Shown: positions 26,901 through 41,445, numbered from the stretch's first letter. The stretch: DNA of 64,000 nt from Catajapyx aquilonaris (GCA_000934665.2 JYFJ02000032.1:124001-188000); one strand, 5' to 3'. The notes: generated by a model not told the origin, from the letters alone. Translations and numbers: made by a program.

Positions 26901-29311
26901 ACTGATAATCCGGCTAGATTTATAGCAGTTGATGTGCGAGATGATTAGCATCAGTGGTCGTAAATTGGCGGTGCAACTGAGAAGCGGTGGGCACCAGTAG
27001 GGGTATGGATAGGAGGGGAGTGTACATAGATTAGTCACTCACATTTGCAACTCTGGACCACGCCAGGGGCCAGAAAGAAATTAATCATCCATCATATTTT
27101 TAGGGGGAGGGTTTGAAACTGTGCCGGATTTAGTAGAGGGGGGGCATACAGATGATCCAAGTTTTCCGTCAATCTGGATCGATAGGTCATGGCATTGGCT
27201 TGCCTTGCATCTGTCCTCCCAACCTGGTTTTTTTGGGAAGGAGGGTGGTTGGGGGGGATATCTCGGGGGAACCTTCGGGCGAGAAGTACCACCGAAGGAC
27301 AGGATTAGGGACGCCTTCCTCCCATGAATGTTGGATTATCTTGGGGTAGGAACTGACCTGCCAACTTGGAAGCTGGGCAGGGACCGGACTTGGCATGAGT
27401 GATGATCTAGGATTTGGGTCAGATAGGCCGCCTCCGGCGTCGCTGCTTCGATTTGTTTCGCAAATGTCACTCGGCGGATTTCAGACCAGGCCAGAGAGAG
27501 ATGGGGGGAAAAGTTTTTTTTTGGGGGGGAAACAAAACTTACTTTCAAACAATGGGACTGGGGCTGGTCTTGTCCCAGGTTTAAATAAATCAGAATATAT
27601 CTGTTATCGGAATATCAATCAGCACACATCCAGACTTGCGGGAAAGCTCAATTTTCACATTTCCAAAAATGCATTTGACTAGATTTGACGGTGGCGGTGC
27701 ACACTGTATCATTTCGTCACAGTGAGTGACATATTGCATATCCCTCGATGTGTACCATGCCGCATGCAATCAATAGTGCGGAATTTTTTTGCAGTCACAG
27801 TCCTATTTTTTTCCATGGGGTCTAGACTATCAGAACCGACTGTGCTCAATTCATAAAAACACCGTTACATTATTACCTGTAAATCTTTCCAACACTAGGC
27901 GCCATGACTAATGATATTTGCCATTGATGTTCCCTTGTTGGGACGCCCACACTTTATGATTCAGATTCTTAGAACCAACAGGAAAAGGGCCAGAGATAAT
28001 TTTTTTTGTCAAGAATTCAGAAGCATGAAGGAGTTTCCAACATGTAATTAGGTGAACCTTACCAGAGTCTTGGTAACAACATAGTATGGCGTGCCTCCTT
28101 TTTTGGGCGCCTGTGTTATTATTTCACACCCTTTCTTTCCCCCCCCCCCTCACCGAAACCGCTTGGGCTTTTTTTTCTCCTTCTTGCAGTGCACTGGTAC
28201 ACAAAAACTGGTAAAACTTTCACGCTCTCATCAAGTTCATAGTCAAAGAACAGGGTGCGGAAGCTATAAATTATCGGCCATACATCACATGGATCGCGTG
28301 CGCTAACTCATCGCTCTGCCAATTAGCATTCAGGATGCTCGGTCACATATACTGGACCCTGAAGTTTGCAAAAGAAAAGCCGCAGCAGGAGCACACTGTT
28401 TGTATACATATACATTTCCAACCCTCGCCCTTCATTTGTGTCAAGCACAAGAAGTCCTTGACTCCAGGCGACAGGCATCTGCATCATGCGATGTGTACAA
28501 GGGGATTCCCAATTGCGCCTGTTCTCTCGAAGAATGTTTTTTTTTGGTCCTCCCGAATAATGCGCGTCCTGTTTGTACATATAGGACCGGGTCATTTCTG
28601 GACCCTTTGCGGTGCAGTTTGCATGGACCCAGGGAAGAGGAACGGGTCCACTTTGCAGTTTTTCACCCGAGACGCACTGCTGCACTGACTCGGGCGGCAA
28701 TCTTACCTGACACGGCCGTTTCTTGCACTTGACATTATAGTCCTAAACCCTTCTCTCTGTGTGGATATCGGACTTAAAAGCCGCGATCGTGCTGGGAGAG
28801 AGAGCGAGTGAGTGCTGGAGAAGATGAATAAATTACACCTCAGGTGCATTCAGAGCCTGGGTGCCGGTAATGTGGAAAATGTTTTACCGGTACGTGACAG
28901 CAGGCTAAATGGAGTTACTAATGAAGTCACATTTCATATGCAGATGTAAACCCCCTTGCAAAATGCCTGCAGACTCTTTTCATGATGGAACTGTGCTAAA
29001 CCCAGAAATGTCATAGCTAGCAGTTTCGGAGCGGCGGTAAAAAAGTAAAGAGGCAGCGGCGTCAGGGAAGAGCCCTGCCTTCCGCCACAGCGACAGGCAA
29101 GAGCCCCGTCTCTTCTTTGGCTTGTATGTCGGTGTGCTGATGCCTCGTCTGCCTGCTGCTCCACACTCCATTGCTGCAGAATCCGTCTCTTCAGGCCCCT
29201 TTTTAATGACCTTCTCTCCTTGCCTCATTTCCGAGCAGGAAATGTTATACCATCAGCTTTCCGTCCGCGTCGTCGCCAAACACAGTTCTACGAGCCTTGG
29301 ACGACTTCGCG

Positions 29312-29313
<2 letters not shown>

Positions 29314-29344
<31 letters not shown>
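29314..29344. repeat. (CT)n microsatellite, about 15 units
   Basis: Read directly. Confidence 0.95.
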
Positions 29345-29346
<2 letters not shown>

Positions 29347-32300
29347 AAGGGCTATAGGTTAATAATATATTGTTGATGCTTCCGGAATGATTGTACGCTC
29401 AGAATTTTAGAGGAAAATTGAATTAGACATGATGGCATGTTGTGGTTGTGGTCCGAAGTGGGTCCGGAAAGGTTTAGAGTAAATAAAACGAAAACCGACT
29501 TGTAAAATGTTGATGCGCCTCTCCTATTAAAAAATAACATTTGCCTGTAGTGCACCTGCTGGGACCATGTAAATCTGACCAAACTCATGTTCTGTCTGTA
29601 TACATGTAGAAATGTCCCTCAGATTATCTTCGAACGTAGGCGTACCTCTTCTCTTGCATGTTGTATCCTTTGGAGTGAAGGAGTCGTCCAATATGAAAAT
29701 AACTTCGGGCATATGTGATTGTCAGGTCTTATTCGTCTAGTGTCTAGTATTTCGTATATGTGCACTCATACGCCTGGAAAATTGTCATGCATAGACAAAA
29801 TCTGCAATCGCATAAAGAGGCCATATTTGCATTAGAATATCCGGAAGGAGTGCACATATTGCATTTCCCTCCCGCTCTATTTTATTTTTTTCCCCCCCAT
29901 GACATTACGGATTCAGAGAAATCTCTATTTATATTGGGGGCCAGCAGTGTCGAGAATGATAAAGTGAGTATATAGCCGAGAGGCTGGGTCTGTGCTGCTG
30001 AACCTAGATGTATCTTTGGTAGAAACAAGAGTCGCATCTGCCGTTGGAAACCTTTGTGGCTTCTGGCCAAATTCACTTGTTGCCCCGAGCGACCATTTTG
30101 GTCGGAACAACTCTTGTGGAGCTTGACGGTGTTTGCCTAGCAACTCCCGTGATTTCTGCATAAGTGAAATGAAAAGCGTATAGTTTGGCCAACTGCCATT
30201 TGGGGAACGCCCGCCTCAAACTGCAAAGGCGACCTTGCCGCAACAACAATGCCGCCCATCATCAAACTTCCATGCGGACTATTGTTGAACTTGCCGAATA
30301 CTATGGTTCCGGGTTCAATCGCAAATGTCAAAAGCACTGTCTATTAATATATAGATATCCCACTGCGGTCGTTTCTCTTTCATTTCCTGGTCATTTCCAG
30401 CACGCGACTTTGCCAACTGTTATCCCCCTTTGCAAAACCAATCGCTATAAAGTTCTGTTCCTTTATTTTTTCCTTTCCTCACCAAAAAAAGAGAAGCGAG
30501 CCGCGCACCTTGGAAGATAATGAGGTTATGAAGGAGTTTGAGGGTGCAAGTCCAAAACTTCCACTTGCTCAAAACTTTACTTAACACCTTTAAGCTTGCG
30601 GGGGCTTGGCGCCTTCAGGAAAGTACAAGTTGAGGCTCTGCGGGATCTCCGCCAGGCCCAACCCCTATCTCCAGTTTTCATGGGGCCAAGATTAGAGTCC
30701 TAAGACTCGGCGGCGTTAATAAAAGGCACGGGGAACGCAGCCTCTGGGCTCTCTATATGCGAGAAGAGGTATAAGGAATTGGAGCAAAGGCAAATAGCAG
30801 AGGACATGTCATTCGTTTCAAGAGGAATGGGGAAAATATGCTGGGCGACCTCGTGGGGGTCGGAATCTGCCTGTGGTTTAGGGGAATCGATCGAGCAGCC
30901 ATGGTATAGGTGCTGGGGGGTGTACGATTCACTCGTTGTCTATTTTAGGTGAGCGCCCAAAATCCCACACATGCACTCGACTCTTTGACCCGGGAATGAA
31001 CTGCGCCCTGTGTTGCGGCAAATTCGCGCTTGCCCACCGGCCCCATCCCAGGTCTTGTTGACAATTTATGGCACCCCTGTTCATATTTTTGGCGAGTCTG
31101 ATGGTCGGGGGGCGCCGCCTGTGTGCGTAGTGTGTTTTGGACAGAAATGTGCGGGTGTACTATAAAATACCACTTGAATAACGAGGGTTGAGTGCTCCTG
31201 CGGCATATGCTTCACCGCTGAGGAAGTGAACAGCAAGGGTCGTCTAACATACAGGACCATGTGGTATGGCGCAAAGAACCACCTCAGTAGTGCTCTTTAA
31301 GTGATGATCACTTAACATACTCCCTCTGTGCAAAGAACGATAAGTGGGGTGTTGACAGAGGCGACCATTTTGTCTATAAATAACAGCAATATAACAGATC
31401 GTGATTACAAGAATGATCCCCGCCCAACACTGTCTTTTGGCCCGCAAAAATCTATAATCTTCAGGGACAAATAAAATAAATCGCGCCAAGCCATAACCAT
31501 ATTTCTCGGCAGTATCCGATAGGCCCTCTAAATGTTTGATAACAGCCCCGTGCTCCCATCCCATCATGAAGCAGATGCATTCTTTATGGGGGCGATGCGG
31601 CCTGGAAAACATTGGATGGTCGGTAAGCAATGGCGAAGCGCGGCATAAAAATTGCATCGCCAGCCGTTTTCAACACTGCCAAGAGACATCAGCACTTGTC
31701 CTTTCCTTCTTTTCCATTGCGAAACAGTCTGAGAGACCTCCAGATATTGGAGAGGGCAAGGGAGGGGTCGAAGGCGGCAAAGTCGCAGCCAATCTATCAA
31801 AGTGGTGCGCCTCGGAAAAAGAAGGAAAAGTGCAGCCAGGATTTCTTTTTGTGTGTGTGTACAAGAGGTATTGGGGAGACCCGGCCCTCTAGGCATAGGT
31901 AGAAAGAGAGAGCTGGTTGGCTGTTGGAGTATAGGGAGGAAAAAGCCTCTCCAACGCCATCTGTACCCTGGTGCTACTCTGGGCTTAGAGTTGGAGGCGG
32001 CCAGACCGGCTTGCTCAGTCAGAGGTGGTCGGGGCCACGGGATGGGTCTCGGGTGTTTGGCCTTTGTGTTGCGGGCTCAGTACCGCTTGGACATTCTTCG
32101 GATTCGAACAACAGGTAGGATACATATATGTGAACAGTTCATTTACTTGTCAGTGCGGAATTATTATTCTGGGAGAGCCGGCACATTGAGGGAGCCGGCT
32201 TCACACACGGCCCGGGAACATATAATTTGCAGACATATCGGGCGGGAAATGAGCCTTGGCAGTGTAACGAACCGTATCGTTTGTGTGGTATTGGTACACG

Positions 32301-35300
32301 AAAAGTATTTTTATTTTAGCGCTCCCCCCCTCTACTCGACTTTGTTCGGCGTCAGTGCTCGTAAAGCAACACATTTTCTTCCTAACGGCCGGTTAATATC
32401 CATCCAGAATAGTTCCATTACATTCACCCCCGCCGCATTATTACTCCATGTGATTGGTCCGATTGACTTGCGATACATTGTGCATGTGAAAAGCAGAGAA
32501 AATCGCCCCCTCTAGAATTATGGGGACTACAGTTACATTCCATTATCCCCCACGAAGATTACAGGGGGGGAGGGGGTGCCTATACACGTAATCCCCTTTT
32601 GAGCCGCGATACATTTGGGCCAGAGTACCCGGGGCTGCCAATCGCAACTGAATCATCCGAGGCCAATATCGCTCGTCATCTAATGGTCGGTAAAGGCTTG
32701 CCCCACGATAGAGCCTTCCCCCCCAACCCCGAAATTGATGCCCAGCTTCGATCCGATCCATGCTGGGGCCCCCCCTCGTAACATCGATCCAATTTACACA
32801 TCGTTGTGATGACGGCCACAGCATGCTTATTTTTTCCCCCCAGCGGAGTATTAACTATGGTTTAAAAAAAATTGTGCAAGTGTAAAGGATCTGTTGTCGG
32901 TCGTTTAGCCGAATGTGTTAGGGCCATGTAAACGGATCTTCCAGTCGTACAAGTCCAAACAGGGTGATTTATTCTTGAGGGTTGGAGTCCCCTAAAAATC
33001 ACATGTCGTCCTTTTCTTTCGTGGGACACATTCGGTGCGACCCATCGTCATTATTTTTTTCGCCTAATTATCCGGCTGCAGGCAGTTTGAAGTATTTCGT
33101 AGTGAACTCGACAGAATTTGGGCGCTTTCTAGGTAATTACAAATGCGGATAATGCAAGAGTGCAAATGTGGACGCGTTCACATACCTTGGGAATTATGAG
33201 CGGCAATGTCAACCACATCATGGGGGCCATTTGCACTGTTTCATCGGCCCGAAGCGTATGCTATGTATATAAAAAAGCGCGTACACACACGCATGTTTCC
33301 CAGGCCTCGAGCGTTAAGTGCAATTTAACCCAATTTCCGGCTGTAATTAATCTTGGGTGTCACTCCTCAAGTGGTTTTGAAACCTCTAAAACTGGCAACA
33401 ATCGCATCGATTGTGATGTCCGCAGCTTCTTTTTTTTCAAAACCCGTGTATATTCGGGGGTTAAAATGTTTTGCAAAATCTCCAAGGGACGTAATTGTTA
33501 ATTAAGCTGTACATAATCTCGCCCCCGCAATTACCATAGTATTATGCAGCGGTAATTAAAACGGCTAGACCTTGACTACTGCGCCGGTTGTCAGGGCCTA
33601 GGGCTGACAGAAACCTGGCCGAAAATAGCTGACAGGTGGAGCTCCGCAATTTCTTTAAATATGCATCGGCACTTGCAGTTAATTGACACGTGAAATCTTG
33701 CGGATGTAATTAGAAGGGCTCGCGATGTCAAAATATGAAGCCGAGGGGTTATGAGGGCAATGAGCTCTCAAGATTGGTCCGGTCGTAAAAGCCAAGCGAG
33801 ATAGTTGCGTTACTGCGACTTTGGGAATTTAAAAAGCGCTCTTACTACAAGATAAGCTCATTTAGGTACATTTGCGTGGGGAATAGCACTTCAAATTTTA
33901 TTAAGGAAAATGTCAATTACCTCCACTTGTGCATCCATGGTGGGGACCACCCATTCAGGTGGACAAAAGCCCTTGACAGGTTGGCCTCTTTTGGCAAGTC
34001 AACAACGTCAGTTCTTCCCCCTGACACAATGCAGGCTGTGCGAGACACCCGGCCACAAACAAACAGCCAAACCTTGCGATGGTCTGTGACGGGGCTTCCA
34101 CTCTAGGATGGGTGGAAAAAAAAAGTACAGTACGTTCCGCTTGCATATTCAATGGGAAGACACAGCTTCGGCTGTCGGAGTGCTTCAGCCCCCATCCACT
34201 ACTACCAACCAGCCACCAGTTTCATTTCCCGGGCGTGGAAAGTTCCTTTTCAAAAAGTTGGGCCCATGGATAGAGTTTTGTCAGCAGTTTTCCCCCACGA
34301 CCGTGGCGGGCGTTCACACACAAAAGTAAAGTTGGCCGTAATTTAGAGCCTAATGAAACGAAAACGTACCTAACAGTAAAAAGTTTGGCGGGTCCCCGCG
34401 TTTCATTAACCGAAAGGTTGGGGGTGGATATACAATTTTTTTTAAAGGTGGTGACCAACTAGCGTTTGGACTTTTGCTTGTTCTCAATACCATTAATGTA
34501 GAGGGAGGGCGATTCAACAGGCTTTCCTTGGGCCATTTCAATGAGGCGTGAGAGCAAAGTTAACGCGCAAAGGTCCTTTCAAAGCCTTTGTCCACAACGG
34601 GTGGGCCTAGACACTTCAGGCAGCAGCAAAGCCTGTTGGGTTTACCGTGGACCGTCGTCCCAGCGGTTTACAGAGTCCCAAACTTTGTCTCATACAAAAT
34701 GCAAGCCCCCATCCGCGTGGACAAAATTTGATTGGGGAAGGGAAGAGTGTAGGCGTGAGGAGCTGGACACTCGACTTGACCTCTGGACAGCAGGCTTTCT
34801 CCGTTAGCTCAGGAAACGTCCACTTGGCTTCCTATTGACCATTCAGAAAAATGCGCCCTTTTGGTCACACCCGGCCGATTACTGCCGATTACTGCTGCAA
34901 AACCGGAATCCTCTCCATGTTTTTTTTTAAAGTATTATTTTTTAAGAAAAGATGCCCCTCACCCTGAGCTTCCACACGTACCATCTATGTGTGTGTGTGA
35001 CCCCCAAACTCCTTAAGGTGCCTCGGGGGCAAACTGAGTTAATTGCAGTGGTCGAGCTTCTCGAGCGTAAATCCAAGTGGCGACTATAAATCAAGGAGAC
35101 TTGATATTTGACTGTAATTGTAGGCTCGCGCCTTGGATTCTTCTGTATTATTTCTTGTGGGGGGAAAACAAGGGGTGGATAAAAAGGGAAAGCAAGGGGG
35201 AAATGTCAGTGACAGGCTAGTTGGCATAGTGTATGGGGGCAATAGGAACACCCAACCGGACCTCATTGCAACCAGCAGTGGGAGCTAGCTAGATAAAAAA

Positions 35301-38300
35301 AAGGAGGGGGAATGGTAGCAAGCCAGTTCCACCGGAGTTTCAGGCTCGTTTCGCAATGGCCAGCCCTTCAACCCAATGTTGCGGTTCTGCTCGTCTGCCA
35401 CCATAGTACCTGAAACCTGACGTCTTTATTGAAATGGGGGCGGGATGCGTGTACGTTTCGTGTCAGGTAAATGCAGGTCTTTTGGTGGAGGGAGAAACGG
35501 GGCACGAGGCTTCTGGATTTTTACATATGTTTTGCTCAGAATGGCGCTTCGTATATTGGGCGTAATGGAGAGACCTGAATAAGTCCTCAGAGTGTGCAAG
35601 AGTGTGCGCAAGAATTTGTCACACTCTTTGCCGACACAGCACGTTATATGGAGGCCCCGGCGTTGATTGCCGGTATTCTGAAAGAATGTCTAGGGTGCTC
35701 GAAAGGCGGCCTTTGTGTTCGGAGCAGTAATCCCATTGGACACAATCGACGGATAAGCATAATCCGGCCGGTTCCACGTATTCCCCCGGAGTGACAAACG
35801 GTGCATTATACCCGAATATCATGGCTGCCAAGCACTAGCCCTGACTTTTTCCCCCCTCCTGTCCCTCCGCCTCTTTCTCTTTTCTTTTGAAAATCCCAAA
35901 CTGGAAGACCTTCGTCTTGGTCAGGCATCCCTCCTTCCCAAACTTGCTTTCAGCCTTCATTTACTTCCCATTCAAGATCCAAGACTACCGTATCGCACGC
36001 TGGCTATTATCGACTTCACTGATTGACGTTTGGGGATATACGTGGGGTTCGCTTTATATGATGGGCACGACTTTTCTCTCCCTACATGCATTCTTGTGTG
36101 CACATGTGACAGGTGGTGGTTGCAGCCAAGTACAGGATGTGGCGTGTGTCCTTTAGTGGCCGTTGCTTCCGGTGTGATGCCATAAGTTGGACGCGGAGGA
36201 GCACTGGCTCTTGAACCTGGAGAGAAAAAAAAGAGTGCATTTCCTAGGATTCGGGCGTTAGTGATCGATGAGCAGATCGCCTGAAAGTATTGCGTGGGTA
36301 ATAGTTGGTAGGTGTGTACTTTTTCGCATGCCACAGGGAGGGTTTACTTCGGCGGAGGATTTGTCATGATTGAGCATTGGCCTAAATGACTCTGTTAGCA
36401 GCGGGGGATATACAATAGGAAGTCAATAACTGGAGCTCTCTCCGGTTCGGGGTTTTCGCCCTCGCTAAAGATCGCTCACTTTCTGGATACAAAAAAAGAG
36501 AAGTAAAATATTCGTGGGTGGCAGCCGAAACTTTCTGCACGTGAGTTGATTTTTCTTTCTGGGTAAACATGCCCTATACGCAACTATGTTTACATAGGTT
36601 ACTGTAATCGCCCATTTATTCCATTCAAGTTCAGATTGCGCGATAGTTGGGGTCGACATCGATTCGTCTGCCTAATACAGACATATGGCCAGTCTTGCAT
36701 GCGGAGATAATTTCTGGAAGTGCCTGTTTTTCATCCCACTGTAAAGTTTATGCGATTATACGGTTGAGAGATGCAATAATCTGAAATTAAATTAAGCGGA
36801 ATGTCTTCTACCTACAGAAACGATTTGTTTTGCTTTTCAATTTTGGGGTGACTGCTGGTGGTTGTCGAAGCGAGGGGTTTGAAGGATTTTATCAATCTGT
36901 TGAGACAAGCGCCTGAGTGGGACACTGCTGGGTTTGGTACAACATGGAACCCCCAAAAGCAGGAATTCCTGGAGGGGGGCACCCTTCTCCCTTCTTCTTT
37001 TTCGAAGGAAAAGCAGCCCCGCCCCTGAAGGTTTCAGCAGACGTCCTCCTCCTCCCTGGGATGATGGCAAAGGAGCAAAAGAGACGCCCCTTGGGGTCCG
37101 AGCCTAGTCTGCAAACGAGGCCTCTTTTGTGACCATCCCCGCAAGCAAAGGGAGGGAAAGGAAAACTCCGCAGGGGCATAATCCTCCGGCCCTTTTTTCT
37201 TCGGGGCGACTTTTCACACCAGCATGGGTCTTGTCAGAGGAGCAAAGGAGTGTGACGCCCCAAGCCCCGAAACTGGCTCTATCTACTCTATTCATATCCG
37301 ATTGCTGCGAACCCACAGGGGCTGCCTCTATTCTCTCCCTCTCTCTGGTGTGTGTCTCACCTGTCCTCACCTTTCAGGTCGCAAAACATGTGTACGCGCA
37401 GTTGGGAAGCGCTTCTCATAAAGCCCGCTTTTGTCCCAGATCGATCGTAATTTTCGATCGATTTGCACAAAAAAAAACAGGTTGTTGCGTTGTGACTGCA
37501 CGTGTCAGGCACACTTTGGGGGGGGGGGGNGGGGCTCTGAGTGCAGTTGTTTTCGGGGGCGGCAGCATCCCCCTATAGTAGCCTGCAGGTTGAAACCCTT
37601 CATGGTCACTGGCGAGGGACTCGGGGAACACAAACCACAAAAATGTGTCCTCTGTGAAATGCATTCTAGCAGGACCGTAACACTCGCTTGCTGCAAGAGC
37701 CGCCGTGTAAAAGATTGCACAGAATGTCACGGGACAAGGTGAACGAACTGCTTTGATTTAATTTTAGAGCGGGGGGTATGCCTATGCTGCACTGTAATAC
37801 AGCCAGGTCATGGAGGTGCACATTTTAATTTGCGCATTAATGATGTTCATCGATTTTTAAAAAAGAACATACCTGACCCTGCCAAGAGGCGTGTTTATCC
37901 ACCGGAGCTGTCTACCACCTTAGTTGACTTTGTTCTTCAGACGAAGTGTTTCAGACCTTTGGCGAGAAGGAGGCGAGAGTTAAGAAAACAGTCTGTTCAT
38001 GATGCTGCTAAAGTGGAAGCGAAAGTTTGAGTGCAGGACCAATCCGACCCCTTCCCCAACTGTACATGTCAATAAAAGTTTCAGACAAATATCTAGCTGT
38101 ACTTGCCTGTACTAGTTGCCAACAATCATGTGAGAGAAGAAAAAAAGTGATATGCTTTCAGAGTAGGGGCTGGGACGACGGGTATATACGGGATGCAGCT
38201 GGGGTAACGCCCAAAATAATGTGCTCAATAAGTGGGCTTGATTGATATTACCCCTCTTATTAAACCTCACAAAATTCTGCTCCGGAGCATTGACGCCCTA

Positions 38301-41300
38301 TTCATTGTGGGTGGGAAATGCCACAAGCGTGAGCGGGTTTGTCAAGCGAGGCTGACCGAAGAAACATTTACACGCCGTTGGTGTAGCAGGTCGCAGGTTC
38401 ATCCGGTTTGTTCATATTTGCCTGGTTATTTGTACTGCCGCGCCCATGAATTTAGCTGCATACTAAGGCAGCACCGAAGTAGCGTATAGAAAAAAAATTG
38501 AACGTCAGCATCGGAGGATGTTTCATATCAGAAAGACATGCAAAAATCAGTGTATTATGTCAAAACTATATTACATCCCTCAAAGAATTCCCCGACGAAG
38601 GAAAAGGTTTCAACTCCATCTTTTTCTGGAGACGTCACTGATTCTTCTTTGGTGTATGAAATTGACAGCCTGCATCATTTTGACAGCAGTTCTTCCGAGG
38701 AATTGGCAATATGCAAATCTCGGCAAGGCAAGACTCGGAGGGAAGGTTGCCGGGAAACTGGGAAAGTATTTGCAATATTCCGTCAGTCCGTTGTGAGAGG
38801 AAACCCCCCCATTCAAATCAAGCTGATCCAACGCGAACAGATACGTTGGTTCTCCCCCTTCCTTCCCTTAATTTAACTCAGCTTCAATATATGCGCAGAG
38901 AGAGCCTGTTACTATATACAAGTTGCCTTGTCACATGCCCCGCATTCTTGTCCCCTTCGTTACGCGGAATTTCCCTCTCCTTTATATCATTAGTGAATGA
39001 AATGACACCCCCAACTAAAAGTTGACGCGTTTGTCACCCGCCAGAATGGATCCATCTCGAGCTGCGATTACACGGCCAAGGCTTATTAGATAGGATGACG
39101 CCGAGTGTTTTACTTTCCGGATAAATAAAAGAGAAGGTGCCTGCAACTCACGATCAAGATGGCGGATTTTGGTGAGAGCAAAAATATTTTTTTTGTGCGA
39201 GTGTGTAGCGTTGCGGAACTAACGGATGTCTCAAAGAGTGCTGTGTGCGGAGTGTGACTGCATAAATCGTGTCATATCTGGACAGGCGCGGGAACAACGT
39301 TGCAAACCGCACGTGTGTGAAAGAAGCAATCGGTTCATAAAAAATGTATCAACACTGCCAAAAAGATTCGGGGCCACATAAGTGTGCAGGTGATGATACT
39401 TGGAGCATGTGTTATTTTTTATCCCTTTGCTAACAGCTGCCTTGACTTCTCCAGTGTCTCTTGGAGAATGCAAAAAAAGAGAGAGACGGTATCGGTATTT
39501 TAAGCAGGAGGGTCGGTGTCAGACGGTCTAGCAGAACAGATATGACAAGGGAATGCGCGTGCTTTGTGTTACGAAGGGAAACTTATTACAGGCAGGCAGC
39601 AGCGGTACCCTCAGATATTCTTGTTGACAACAACACACCTACTCTGTACTAGGGAGGGAGGGATAGTGTATAACACCCCCCCTGGTGCGTCGGCCCTGAA
39701 AAGAAAAATGTCATTCTAGGGGAGTTCATAAAGTTTGAAAAGCCAGCAGAATAGGCCGTTGTCCAGGATGGGTGACCGCCAGCGCCTTTCAACGGGACGC
39801 ATGGGCAACGAGGCGCTGTGCATCTTTTCGGCCATATATAAAGGCACCCAAAAAAGGCTGACTGGCCCAACAAAGAGGGACCCAGGTTTGGGATTCCAAC
39901 CGGCAAATAATGCTCGAAGAAGGGGAGAGAGAGAGAAGACTGATCGGGGTGGAGGAGAAACCCGAAAAATGCCTCCGGGGCACAGTTTTTGTCCGGGTTT
40001 TGCTTGCAGCCGGCTTTCGTGTGTGTATATATACAGTACAGTACTATAGGGAGGGATAGATGTGGCTGGTACAAAAGGAGGTTGCTCGGACCCCGAAGAG
40101 CAGTCCGTGGAGCGTGACCGGGCCTCCAGCTCGGGCTTTGGCAAAAGGCTTCCCAGCAGCAGCAACATCTCGGATCATTTGTTAGCTTTGTTTCTCTGGG
40201 CCTGTGTGACGAGTTCTGCTGTCATTTCCTGGCTCCCCCCGGAGATGCTTCGGAGCCCACGACTCTTCCCCGGAGCACCACTGCTATACGTATATACAGT
40301 TAGTTTGAGGCACTACAAAAATTCCAGGATTAATGATTGATATCCAGAGGCCCGCTTGGAGATGCTGTGCGGCCAACTTGAACGGACTTTTGGGTCTGCA
40401 TCAGCTCGAATTTATGAGTCTTAAGTCACTGGTAGTGTGCCAGCTTATTTTTGCGCGCATTGTCACAACCCATGTCAACATGACCGTTTGTAAGTCCGCC
40501 CAAATCGATTGACGACAAAACTGACAGTGTGTGCTCTATTTATCTCCGGGTTAAATGTATTTTTCAATAGCTTGACAGACGTTTTGGTATGGGTGCGAAA
40601 AAAAGCCGTGTCATCCGTCATGGGCATATATATTTATAACCTCCCGGTAGCAAGCAGCGGTGGCAAGAACAATGTGGAACGTGCATAATGCATGGTTGAA
40701 CGTCTCGGAGCCGAAACCAAGACACTGATGATGAAGAGCGTCTGGTGCAAGTTTCATGGGTCGCAGACGGGATGTTATCACTTGGAAAAAGGGAGGCAAT
40801 ATAAGGGACCTCTTCTTGCTATGCCAAACCACCGACTTCCTCTGTCTTCGTTTTTCCCCCCCGCATGGCTCACAGCTGCGGAGAAGCGGTCCAGTTTCCA
40901 TACGTGACTCAACAAGTGACACGTCGGAATGCCGGAGGATGATGGGGTAGTTTGCCGCTAAGTTACATTCGGTGACAAGGCGTCGGATGCATTGTTCCTG
41001 CACAATGAAGCCCCGCTCCTGCCACTGATTTATCAAAGGCACACACAATCCCCCCTTCGCCAGGCATGCTGCTGACGTGCTTTTCTGAACCGGGTAAAGT
41101 GCAGCCAAAAGTTTGGCTTGACATGATACGCGGTCCCAGGGTTGAAAAAAAAAAGAGTTGCAAACCGCAGCATTACGCCCGGATATTAATCATTTGAAAT
41201 GGGCCAACTGCTGCTACGTGCGAGAAAAAGGCCTACAACAAAGTTATAGCTTTCATTTCAACTGGAGCATTTTAATGCGCAGTGCTTAGAAGCTATACAG

Positions 41301-41445
41301 CCACTCCAGTGTTGAAATTTCATTTCCAACGGCTCCCCCTTTTAACCCCCCAACCATGTATGTATGCAAGGCACCCGCATTTTCAAAAGTGCTCTCTGCC
41401 TATTCAATACTTGAATAGCTTATCTGGTTCTAAACATTCTGCTTT

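Noticed and set aside
13453..37534. Poly-C/G runs containing N (13468, 19121, 37530)
   Set aside because: Assembly uncertainty in homopolymers; run lengths and coordinates across them are unreliable, not biological signal.
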